Part shown: positions 31,071 to 42,600 of the stretch, piece after piece
Position numbering within the stretch: the first letter of the stretch is position 1
Layout: every line of letters begins with the position of its first letter
From: Rhizaria sp. SCN 62-66
Lineage: Eukaryota
NCBI GenBank assembly: GCA_001724265.1
Contig: MEDY01000247.1
Location: forward strand, 1-45,432
Reading direction: 5' to 3'
DNA: 45,432 bases
Translations under genes and position numbers: made by a program
Notes under the pieces: generated by a model
Seen by the model: only the letters and a program-made list of their open reading frames with translations
Database searches by the model: none
What the model was told of the DNA's origin: nothing

Positions 31071-33536
31071 GGCCACCCCAGCAGCAGCAGCAGCCGCAGC
31101 AGCAGCAACAGCAGACGCCATCGTCGATGGTGATGGCGCCAGGCATGGGCTGGGCCGGGCCCAAGCTCGAGCCCACGGGCGCCGACGCACAAGCACAGCA
31201 ACAGCCGCAGCAACAACAGCCGATGCCGCCGATGCAGCAAGCGCAGTTCACCCAGGTGCAGCCCCAACAGCAACCGCAGCAGCAGCCGCTGCAACACCAG
31301 CAGCAGTCCCAATACCAGTACCAGTACTCGCCTGCACCTCAGCAGGCCCAGGTTCAACCGCAGCAGGGGCAGCCCGGCGCGCCTTCGCGCACCAACACTG
31401 TGAACATGGACGCGATGGCCGCCGGCGACGACACGCGCTCGTTGCCGCCGCTGCCGTCCGCCGCTGGCCCGACGACGGCCGCTGGCACGCCCCAGGCGGG
31501 CCCCCGCGCCCATCGTCCCGGGCTCCGCAGGCAACACCGCCGCGGGCTTCGTGCCCTCGCCCTCTGGCTTCGCGCCAGTGGCTGCCCCCGTGCCCACGGT
31601 CACCGCGGCCGGCGACGGCGCGGCCTATCACACTGTATCCGGCGTCCCAGGCGGGCTCGTGGCCGCGCGCGCGCAGCGCAGATCTTCAGGCCACGACGCT
31701 CACTCCTCCACCGCTGCTGCTGCTGCGACCTCCGCCGCGAGCGTCAACGCGATGGCGCACGCGCACAGCCTAACCGTCGGCACTGCGGGCGCCGCAGGGA
31801 TCGCTCTGGGCCTGGGCCTTGGCGCGAGCGCTGGTGGCGCCGCTGGCGGACTGCAGTCGCTCGCACGCGCTCCATTTACTAGTGGGGCCGCCAACGTAGG
31901 CGCTTCTATCGGCCCTAGCGCCGCAGCTGGTCCCGGAAGCGTCTTGGGAGCCTTCCCGCCCCCGTCACCGCCGCCCGTCTCTGCCGCTGCTGTTGCCGCC
32001 GCGGGCGCCGGCATTGCGCCCGGCAGCGCGCCCGCCGCGACTGCGCCTACGTCTGCTGCTGCGACCGCGGCTGTGCCTGCTGCTGCGCTCGCGCACGGCT
32101 CGTTCGCGTTTGAGACGAGTTTGCAGTCGCTGCCGCCGGGACTGGCCGCGGCTGCGCCGCCGCGCCTGGTGACGACGGGCACGCCCGGCGCGACGACGGC
32201 GCTGCCCACGGCGCTGCCCACCGCCCCCGGGGGCCTCGGCCTTGGCGGACTCGGCATGGGGCTCGGCGGTGGCCTCAGCTCTGGACTCGCCAGCGGCGGC
32301 CTCAACGCCGGACTGGGGCTCGGCGGCATGATGCCCGGGCTGACGGGCGCGGGCGGCGGCGCCGGTGCGGGCGCTGGCACGGACACGCTGCAGCGGCTGC
32401 TGCAGATGGCGCAGAGCATGGAGGCGCAGTCCACTGCGCTTGCCGCGGCCGCGCGCACCAAATCTGACTGGCATTCGACCGCAAGCTCTACGCCACGTTT
32501 CGCTTCCAACACGCTCAGCGCCCAATTTAACAGCAGCAGTACCAACAACCTAGCTGGCGCCGTTCCTGCTGGCGGCAACACAAGCATGTTCTCTGCAACC
32601 GCGCCGATCACCGCGCTGCCCAGCTCAGCCGTGGCGCCGGCCCCGCTCACGCTGCCCGGCAACGCCGCCGTTGCTATTCCAGGTAGCTTTAACCCCAACG
32701 GCAGCGCCAACGTGGCTGTGGGCGCGTCGGTCACGCCGGTGCTCACGCCCGCGCTCACGCCCGCCGGCTCTACCACGGGCGGCAACCACGGCGGCTTCGG
32801 GCCCGCGTTAAGCGCCAGCGCCACTGGCGCTGGTGGCGTGGCCGCTGTGCTGCCTGGGGTCAGTCTCGGTCTCGGTTTCGGATCAGGACAGCTGCATCAA
32901 GCGACGCCGGGGCAAGTGCAAGCCCTCAGCGCCTACGCATCAGCGCCGCCTGGAACCGTGCCAACTGCCGTCGCCCCTGCCGCCCCTGCTGCTGCACCTG
33001 CTGCTCCGCTTGCCGGAGCTCCGTTCACCGGCACCCCCAACGCCGGCGCACCGCTGTACAGGTCGACGCCCCCATCGCCCGCGACGCTGCCGATGTCGGT
33101 GCCGGGCCCGGGGCTTGGACCGGGCTCCGCTTCCGCGCCCACACACGGCCACAGCATGACGCTGGGCATGATGGGCCACTCACTGACCTCGGCTAACACG
33201 GGCAACAGCGTCGCTGCCGCGCCCGCAATGCTCTCGCCGCCACTGGCGCCGTCCTCCGCGACAGGCAGTGCGGCGCCGACGGCGGGCGCGGGGCCGGGCG
33301 CCGCGGGCGCGGGCTCGGCCGATCATTTGCTGGCAACGACAGCGCTGCGCAGAAACAGCCTCTCCAGCCCCGGCCCGGCGGCGTCGGCCGCGGCAATGGC
33401 TGCGACGCAGCCCACTGTCGGTTACGCGGCGAGCACTGCGGGTGGGGACTCGTCACTACCGGCTGGGGCAAACGCCATCGCGACCTACGCGTCGCCGGCC
33501 AGAGCGTCCGTCGACGGAGTGGTGGAGCAACACTAA
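20627..33536 (+). CDS. Giant low-complexity protein (~4300 aa if the single extra base near 31500 is removed); polyQ, His-Gly, Asp-rich and Ala/Gly tracts, short coiled coil ~30000-30400
   Basis: Two overlapping ORFs, 20609-31882 and 31551-33536. The amino-acid style moves to the other frame at GGGCCCCC (31498-31505). No intron is needed. No conserved domain recognised. Stop TAA. Confidence 0.7.
28480..28880 (+). repeat. Coding CAG/CAA-rich poly-glutamine region (a second one lies at ~30540-31370)
   Basis: Mixed CAG/CAA runs in frame within the giant protein. Confidence 0.85.
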
Positions 33537-33857
33537 AATGACTTGCATGTTTTTCTGTACATTACTGCAGTGAGGTCATAACGTTGACGTATTGAGCCAA
33601 AAGTTGTTTATACACTAGATACCTAATTAAAATTGATTAATACATAATTTAGTTATTATTCTTGAAGCTTGTATATAACCCCTTCCGGAAGTTCTAAACT
33701 GGAACAATGGACTATACGCGCACGGAGTTGTCGATAAGCTTGTCGTTTACAATGCTGTCAAGGTCTACATAAACAAGCGAGCTATGGGCATAGTCGTCAG
33801 GAAACAACTCCTGAATAAAGGCGCAGGAGACAGTCTAGTGCTCAACACCGCGACATG

Positions 33858-33897
33858 AGAGCTTAGAAAGAAATGTAAGAGCTTAGAAAGAATTGTA
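33858..33897. repeat. Tandem duplication, 20 bp x2 (AGAGCTTAGAAAGAAWTGTA)
   Basis: Direct repeat with one mismatch. Confidence 0.85.
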
Positions 33898-34535
33898 AGG
33901 ACGGCGACGAAATGGACAGTCACTGTCACCAAACAAAAAAATCGATCAAAATACAATTTTGATGAGGTGATTAACAAATTTATCCACTAAACGTCGTTAT
34001 GATGGCGAAGTGTGCCAACTCGTAGGGTTTTGTTGTCTTGTCACCCATGGCCACCAGTCGGAGTTAGGCCAGTCAGAGAGGAGTCCATGAGGATCAAAAT
34101 TAAGCCGCTTCCAGTGAGCTCTCCTTCGGAGACCCGAAAAATGGCGTAATTGCGGGACTGCTGGCTTCGGGGAAGTCATAGATTTTATTTTATTAAACTT
34201 CAGGGGCAATATATTTCCTGTGCCGCGGGGCTTTTGTGCCAGAGACGATTATGTCTCTCCAACGCCTAGGGTCTGGACTTGGTTGGCCTTAAGCTTTGTG
34301 TTCCTTCCCCCTCTTCCCAACAGCCTACCTGGGTCCTGTCGGCCGCCACTGGAGTCACCGCTTCTTCTTTATGATTCCCATGTACTTGGTCTTCTCCATC
34401 TCTGCGACTGCCGCGTTATATCTTAACCTCATCCTGCCCTGCCCGCCCTTGTTTCACCCCTCTCGCCCTTCTGGTATCCCCTCCCCTTTGCCCAACCCCT
34501 TTCGACTGCCCCGCGCTGGTTCCTGTGCTCCAGCG

Positions 34536-37500
34536 ATGGTGAGGTATCTGCTCGTCCTAGTGGCGCTGATGACCTTGCTGGCTCTCGTCGCGGCTACGCC
34601 GTCGAGTACGTCTCTCTTCCCTCCCCTGCGCTCCCTTTTCGTATTACCTCTCTCACATCTAACTCTCTCTCTAAACATGAACTGCTTCCTACATGATCTC
34701 ACTTCTGTTGTTTCTCTCGTCTCTGTATGTTTCAATCTCTTTCTGTTTTGCTCTTTTTGCTGCAGCGTGTGGCGAGTGCGTGCATGGCACGTGCGCAGAC
34801 GGCACCTGCGTCTGCAAGGCCGGCTTCTATGGCGACGGCTGTAAGCTGGGCTCGGGCATCTGCGTTGAGGCCACGCAGGAGGGCTGCTTCCACGGTACCT
34901 GCAAGGCTGGTGAGTGTCTCTGCGAGGCGGGCTACTATGGCGACCGCTGCGACCAGAAGGGCTGCTCCAACCACTGCAACTTCAACGGTCTGTGCTATGA
35001 GCCCGCGGGCGAGCCGGCGCAGTGCCTGTGTCTCTACGGCCACTTCGGCCCCTCGTGCGCCGAGTCCGGCTGCGCCAAGGGCTGTCGCCATGGCACGTGC
35101 CTCATGGCGCGCTCGGGTCTGATCCACTGTCAGTGCGAGCCCGGCTGGGCCGGCGACGACTGCGGCACCCGCGTCTGCGACCCCTGCCAGAACGGCTCCT
35201 GCGACGGCGTCCAGTGCATCTGCGAGGAGGGCTGGACCGGCATCGACTGCTCGCAGCGCGTCTGCCCGCCCTGCGGCGACCGCGGCACGTGCGACCCCAC
35301 ATCTGGCCAGTGCATCTGCAAGCCCGGGTTCTTCAACCGCGCGATGGCGCGCCCCGACTGCACGGGCACGGAGCTGCACTGCCCCGACCGGTGCACGGAC
35401 CCGACGCAGGGCGTGTGCCTCGCCACGGGCTGCAAGTGCTTTGACGGCTGGGCCGGCGCCGACTGCTCGCAGATGAAGTGCAAGAACGACTGCTCCGGCC
35501 GCGGCTCATGCCGCCAGGGCCAGTGCTACTGCAACGCCGGTTTCACTGGCGCTGACTGCTCCGAGCCCGTGTGCCCGAACCAGTGCTCCGGCCGCGGGCT
35601 CTGCGTCGGCGGCAACTGCCACTGCCTGTCCTTCGGCGCCTCGCAGCTGCTGGCTTCGCTGCCGCACGCCGCGCCCGAGGTCGCGCAGGCGCTCGTGCCC
35701 GCTGCGCCACCCGCGTCGCTGCTCGAGGTCGAGCTGGGCCTCGCGCCCTCGGCCGCCGACACGGCATTCGCTGCCTCGGTGCAGACCACTATCGCGCTGC
35801 CCGCCGGCCTGCGCCCCTCGCTCGCGCCCATCTTCTTCCCCTCGCTGCCGCTCGCCGTCGTGGACCCCGGCTTCGCGGGCGCCGACTGCGCGCTGCGCGC
35901 CTGCGCCACCGACTGCGGTGCCCCGCAGAACCGCGGCGCGTGCGACACCGTGACGGGCGTCTGCGTCTGCGCGCAGGGCTTTTACTGGAAGACGCAGGGC
36001 CAGGACTGCTCTCTCGCGCTCTGCACCACAGAGCGTGACTGCTCCGGCCACGGCCTCTGCGTCGACGGCGCCTGCCGCTGTCTCGACGGCTACTCGGGCG
36101 CCAACTGCGAGTCCGCCGCCGCGTCGCTGCCGCCCGCCGCGCAGTCGCTGCTCGAGCAGTCCTCGGCGGCCTCGGCGCTGCGCGCCGCCAACACGGCCCG
36201 CGCCGAGGCCGCCGCGCGCGCTGAGCACGCCCGCCAGCAGCTGCTTGCGGCGCTCCATGCGGCCGAGCAACAGGAGCTGTCTCAGGCGCTCGCCGCCGTG
36301 CGCGCCGACCGCGCCGCGATGGCCGAGCTCGACGCCGCGGGCGAGACGGACCCGGGCATCCGCGCGCTCTACACCGAGAAGCTCGCGTCCCGCGCCCAGG
36401 CCTTCAAGCACGTCCTCGCGCTCCACGAGTCCCTACTCGAGACCGACCCCGTCACTGCCGTCGCCGCTCCCGCTGCCGCCGCGGCGGCCCCCGGCGCCCC
36501 CACTGCCGCGCCCGCTCCCGCCGACTCGGTGGTCTCGTCCACGGCGCCGACGGCGGCCGGCGTGGTCGACGCCGAGACGCTGGCCGCGCAGGCGCGCTTC
36601 GGGCGCGAGATGCAGGCGAGCCGTGCCGTGAGCGAGGCCGTGCGCCGCGCCGAGGAGGCACTCGCGTCGGCCGGCAAGGGCTGCACCGCCGAGTGCTCGC
36701 ACCGCGGCGTGTGCGTCGATGGCAAGTGCCGCTGCAAGGACTCACACGGCGCCTACTGCGAGCACCTCTCGTGCCCCGCCGGCTGCTCCGGCCGCGGCGT
36801 GTGCGACCCCGCGTCGGGCAAGTGCGCCTGCGCCGAGGGCTTCGGCGGGCCCGACTGCGGCCGCGCCGACTGCGCGCCGCGCGACTGCTCCGGCCACGGC
36901 ACGTGCGTGCCTGAGGAGCGCCGCGACGGCTCGGGCGCGCTGCTCGCCACGCTGCCCGTGTGCAAGTGCGCCAAGGGCTGGACGGGTCCCCGCTGCGACG
37001 TCGCCACCTGCGCCAAGACGTGCTCGCACCGCGGCGTATGCGCGGGCCACAACACCACCGTGGCCGCCGACGGCGCCGTGACCGTCACCGAGGGCCAGTG
37101 CTTCTGCTTCCCGGGCTTCGCGGGCGCCAACTGCGAGCTTGGCCCGACGTGCGAGCACGACTGCGGGCTCCACGGCAAGTGCGTCGCCCACGTCGACGGC
37201 TCCAAGGGCGCCGTTGCCGTCGGCTGCGCGTGCGCCGCGGGCTACACCGGCCCGCAGTGCCGCCAGCGCGTGTGCACGGAGCAGGAGGAGGCGCAGTGCG
37301 GCCCCAACGGCGTGTGCGCCGACGGCAAGTGCCTGTGCGAGCCCGGCTTCGAGGGCGAGCGCTGCGACCGCCGCAACGACTGCGAGCCCGCGTGCGACGC
37401 CAAACACGGCTTCTGCGGCGCGGGCCCCAACGGCAAGGGCAAGTGCCACTGCGAGAAGGGCTTCGGCGGCGCCAGCTGCCAGGGTAAGCTCTGCGACAAG

Positions 37501-38199
37501 GGCTGCATGGGCCGAGGGCTGTGCCTCGACGGCGCGTGTCAGTGCCGCGACGCCTGGTTCGGCACCGACTGCGAGAAGGGCTGCCCCGACGACTGCACGG
37601 GCCGCGGCGCGTGCGTCGAGGACGACCAGGGGCGGCCGCAGTGCCTGTGCAAGGCGCCCTTTACGGGCCCCGCCTGCAAGGTTGGCATGTGCCCCGGCGC
37701 CGAGCTCACCCCCGAGGGCAAGCAGGTCTCGTGCCGCGGCCACGGCCAGTGCGACTCAGCCAACGCACAGTGCCAGTGCGACCTGGGCTACGTGGCGCCC
37801 GATTGCGGCGTCTTCACCCGCGCCGAGTGCTCGCGCTCGTGCCGCGTGCGCTGCCGCGACGGCGAGGGCGGCGCCTTCCCTGTCGTGAACCAGCTCACCA
37901 ATCTCACCGAGGTGCTCACGGCCGCGCAGTGCGTCCGCCACTGCGAGGCCAAGTGCGCGCTTGTCGATCCCGTCGCTGTGGAGGCTGCCGCCAAGGCTGC
38001 TGCTGAGGCTGCCGCCAAGGTCGCCGCCGCTGAGGCTGCTGCGAAGGCTGCTGAGGCCGACGCTGCTGCCAAGGCTGCTGCTGCCGCCAAGGCTACGACC
38101 ACGCCTGCTGCTGCTGCTTCTGCGTCCGCCGCGCCCGCTGCTGCCGCCGCCACCGCCGCTGCCGCTGCCATCGCCGCCGCGGGCAAGCCCCAGAAGTGA
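34536..38199 (+). CDS. Secreted tenascin/teneurin-type EGF-repeat protein, 1167 aa; exons 34536-34605, 34766-38199
   Basis: Signal peptide MVRYLLVLVALMTLLALVAA. Roughly 20 or more repeats of the form C..CSGRGxC..GxCxC..G[FWY]xGxDC in two blocks, separated by a helical Ala-rich spacer. One GTACGT..CAG intron. No transmembrane segment seen. Stop TGA. Confidence 0.85.
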
Positions 38200-38305
38200 A
38201 CACTGACGGACTGGCAGTGAGTGGAGTGAGTAAGGTCAGCAAGCACGCTTTGTTATGGTGTGCCGAGCTGTTTTGTGGTGCATCTCGCACGCGACGAGAT
38301 AGCTC

Positions 38306-38341
<36 letters not shown>
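38306..38341. repeat. (GA)n microsatellite downstream of the EGF-repeat gene
   Basis: Near-perfect GA dinucleotide run. Confidence 0.9.
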
Positions 38342-38346
<5 letters not shown>

Positions 38347-39648
38347 GGGATGATGAGGATCACTAACGATGCGGGCCATGGCGCCTGGCGCCACACGCGT
38401 GCCGATCTATCTGCTCACATGCCTGCCTGTCTGACAATGCCTGCTTCGTGTTGTTTCTGTGATGTCACGATGCAATTTGCTGCGAGACGGGCGCTTCGGC
38501 TCTTGAGAAGCACGTATAATACCTAATACACAATATCTACACATAATCAATCAATTAATTATAAACTCTGTATTACGTATATCTTACTCTGATACGCTTT
38601 GCAGCAATTGTGTCAAATCAATAGATTCACTTCATGGTTATACATTGCGTATGTAATTGTCCGCGTTAAAAGTTTGAGTGTTTTTGTTTATTTTTTTAAT
38701 GTTTAGTTTGGTTTCGTTAGTTTTGGAATTTTACTATGTTTTCCTTTGTAAAAGTTTGTTGCATAATTTAGTGAATCAATCGGTGCTGCTTTCGCGGAGT
38801 CTAGACGAATGTGTTAGGTTCAACAGAGACGATAACGCTCACGCCTCCAGTAGTACTCGCACACTCGAGGCAGCAGGGCATGCTGGTGTGTTTAGCAGAC
38901 CAACTCACTCATCGCTGAAGACGACTGCTCTTGCCTTTGCTCGTATCGCTCATGCTTGTTGCTGTTGATGTCGCGAAGTGGTGTAGTGAAGTAGAGACGA
39001 CCGGGGTGACTATTGTAGTTATTACGAAGTGGCGACAAAAGCGACTCGACTGCTTGGCTCGACTTCTACTGGCGCAGGCGAAGTGATTGATTGACCGAGC
39101 AGAGCGCTGTGAGTGGCAGTGTACGCTGGACAGTTTAGCGAACACGAAATGATTGAACAAAAAAAAAAGATTATTTACAAATTAAATTGTCATAAAACGA
39201 ACGAGAAGAATTAAGACTAGGTGCTATCGATATGTAGCATGCTGTAACACACAGCACGACACAATACAGACGGCATTAAAGCTGATTCTCACCCTCTATC
39301 TCCTATATAGCGCGTGGCCGACTTCCTCGCCTTCCCGCAGTCACGCGGACCGTTGCACAGTCACGCAGGATCCTGCTGCTCACAATCAGTCCGCCAGGCA
39401 GTTCATTTGTTGTTAAGCTCATAGCTCGCGTCACACAGCGCACAGTCCCAACTCACACAATCGATTGTTCTGTTTCGCTGTCCACACCAGTTCACACAGC
39501 TCGGGGTTTGTTGGCACGGTCTAGACAGACATGTTCACCGATTCTTACCCCTCGCGGCTCACCCACTCAGCGCTGCTCGCTCCTTGCAAGCAACCGTCAG
39601 CGGATACATCGTCGTCCTCTCCTCCCCAGACCATCAGCCGTCAGCCGC

Positions 39649-42600
39649 TCACTGGAAGAGCATCTGGCCGTACGGCACCTTGGGGTCCCACGCCACGGGC
39701 CGCTCCTCGGAGCCGATGCCGAAGCACTGCATGAAGCCCTTGCCGGGCTGCGGGCCGCGCGCGTGGCGCACCTGCACGCGCGCCTCGGCCTGCGCCTTGA
39801 GCGAACGCACCAGCGGCGAGCTCAGCGCCGACGTCTCTGTCGCCAGTACCGAAGCCGGCCGGAACGACGGCGAGCGCGCGCTCAGCAGGCCGGACGCCGG
39901 GCCGCCGGAGGCAGACGCCGAGGCCGAAGCCGCGGGCAGGGGCAGACGGGCCGAGGCGCCGCCGCCGTTGAAGGACGCGGAGGCGGCGGACAGCGACGGC
40001 GACGGCGACGGCAGCGGCAGCGGGAGCGGCACGGGCGACGGCGACGGTGAGGGCGACGCCTGCCGCTGCTGCTGCTGCTGCTGCGGGCGGGACTTAGGGG
40101 CGGCAGGCGCAGCGGCAGAGGCGACGGGGCGGCTCTTGCCGGAGAGGATGGCGGACATGGTGACGCCGGGCGCCGAGGCGGCGGGCGCCGAGGAGGCGGG
40201 CGCCGAAGCCGCGAGCGCCGAAGCCGCGAGCGCCGAAACCGCGAGGACAGTGGGCACCGAGGCGGGGACCGCGGCGGGCTCGGGCTTGGCGGTGCCCGCG
40301 ACGATTGACGCGTACGAGGGCGGGGCCGCCATCGCCACCGAGGCCACCGCTTCCTTGCCGGCGGCGCCGTCCTTGTTGCCGTTGTTGACGCGCGCCTGCG
40401 GGCGCAGCCGGCCCGAGCCCGCGCCCCAGCCGCGCTCGCTGCTGGCACCGTTGCCGTTGCCGTTACCGGTGCTTGTGGCCGAGGCGCTGCGCTCGGCGCC
40501 GCGCGAGCCGCCGAGGGCCGGGGGCGAGAGCGGCAGCGACGACGCATTCGCGCTCGCGCTCGCGGCCGCGGCCGCGGCCACGGGCGTGCCGCTCGCCGCC
40601 GCTGCCGCGGTGCTGCCGCTGGCGTTGGCTGGCGTGGCGGCCTTCTTGTCCTTAACCATGGGCAGGTAGGCGTACATGGGCATGATGTGCATGCCCTTGA
40701 ACACCGCCGGGTCCACCAGCGGCTGCGCGCTCGCGCTGCCGCCGCCGGGGGTCGCGGGCGACGGCGCCTCGCTGCTCTCGTCCGCGCTCGCGCTCGCGGC
40801 GGCGGCGGCAGCGGCAGCAGCGGCGGCAGCTGCAGCGGCGGCGGCGGCGGTGCTGCCACCGGCGCTGGGCTTGGCCTTCGCGTTGGCGGTGGCGACGGCG
40901 ACGGCACGGAAGGCGTCCTTCTTTTTCGCGAACTCGACCAGCACGGCCGTCACTGGCTGCCCGGGCTGGAGCCCCGTCTCGGCGTAGCCCGAGTGCTGCG
41001 GGGCAGGCGCCTTGACGTGCAGACACGGCACGACGGAGCGGACCTCGCCGAAGACGGCGAAGCGCTCGCGCAGCGCCTCGACCGCCGTGTTGGCCGCGAA
41101 GCCGTCGGCGTAGACGGTGCACTTGACGTCGCGCACTGGGTTGCGGCACTCGATGAGCGTGTCGTCGGCACACAACCGTAGCCGCTGCGACTCGCGCAGG
41201 GCCGCCAGCAGCTGCGGCAGCTGCACCGGCACCGGCAGCATCAGCGCGGACGCCGGCAGCGTCGTCGTGCCAGTCCCGGTCCCGTTGCCGTTGCCCACCG
41301 CGCTGCTGCTGCTGCTGGAGCTGGAGGCAGTGGAGGCCGAGGCCGTGCCGGGCGCGGCGGCACTGGGCGCGGTGCTGGGCGACGCGGGCGACGTGGGCGA
41401 CGCGGGCGTCAGCTCACAGCTGCTGCTGCTGCTGCTGCCGCTGTCGCCACTGATGGCGTTGTGCGTCGCGCCGCTTTCCGAGGCCGAGGCGGTGGCGGCA
41501 GCGGCGGCGGCGGCCTGCGCCTGCGCCTGCTTGGCGAGCGCGACGGCGTTGAGGCGGGCCAGCACCCAGCCCACGGTCACCACGCCGATTCGCGGCTCGC
41601 CGCTGGCGCTGGCGCTCGCACTGGCGGTCGGGCTGGCGACGCCCTCGACGGGCCCGAGACCGTCGCTGTTGCCGCTGGTGCTGCCGGCGCCGACGAGCGC
41701 GGGCTCGGCGGCGTGCTCGGCCATGTGCGCGCGCAGCTCCGCGTCGGCGGCCATGTTGGCGTGCGAGAACCAGCCCTCGACGCACAGCCGCACGGCGCGC
41801 GCTACTGACCGCAAATGCGACTGCGGTAACTGCCACCCGTCGGGCCCCCCGTGCCCGTGGTGCCCGTGGTGGCCGTGGTGACTGTGGGCGTGGCCGTGGC
41901 CGTGGCCGTGGGGGCCGCCGGGGCTGGCCCCGTAGCCGCCGCCGCCGCCGCCGCCGTAGCCGCCGCCATAGCCGCCGCCGTAGGCCCCGGAGCCGTAGCC
42001 GCCGGGGCCGTGGTACTGGTGTCGCGGCGGCCGCTGCCCGCCCTGGTGCCCGTGGCCGTGGCCGTGGGCGTATCCGTTGTGGTCGTAGTAGCCACTCGCA
42101 CTGCTGCTGCTGCTGCTGCTGCTGCTCGCGGTGGTGGGGGCATAGCCGGCGGCCGTGGAGCCGTCGCCGTCGCCGTCGCCAGCGCCGGCGCCCTCGGCGG
42201 CCGCGTTGCCGGCGCCGCTGCCGTTGGGGGACACGCTGCCGCCGCCGTCGCCGTGGCTGTGGCCGGCGTTGTTGGCGTTGTTGCCGCCGCCGTTGGGCCC
42301 GTGGCCGTAGCCGCCGGGGGGGCCGCCGTAGGGCCCGTTGTAGCTGTTGCCGTGCGAGCGCGGACCGTAGCCGCCGTAGCCGTGGCCGTGGGGGCCGTAG
42401 CGGCCGCCGCCGTAGGGCCCGTTGAAGGGCAGGCCGTAGCCGCTGCCGTAGCCGGGGTGGCCGTGGGGGCCCGGGGGGCCGTGGGGGCCCGGGGAGCCCT
42501 GGTGGGGGCCGGGGGCGTAGCCGTTGGGGCCGATGTTGCCGTTGGCGCCGTCGCCGTCGCCGTTGCTGGTCTCGGCAGGGGCTGCGGCGCCACCGTTGCC

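Noticed and set aside
31506-31882. Arg-rich C-terminus and TAG stop of the 3757-aa ORF
   Set aside because: Off-frame translation after the frameshift, so not counted as a real TAG terminator.
33679-33858. 59-codon open frame (PLPEVLNWNNGLYAHGVVDKLVVY...) in intergenic DNA
   Set aside because: No start at its 5' end, no splice signals, atypical codon usage and no recognisable family.
35626-35862. EGF-splitting insert as a non-canonical intron or intein
   Set aside because: It is in frame with coding-type codon bias, has no GT/GC-AG or AT-AC ends, and lacks intein terminal residues. Kept as a protein insertion.
38780-39640. Moderately GC intergenic stretch as a possible ncRNA or SL RNA gene
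   Set aside because: No recognisable tRNA, snRNA, Sm-site or strong hairpin pattern by eye. It is probably the 3' UTRs of convergent genes; an Infernal/Rfam scan would settle it.
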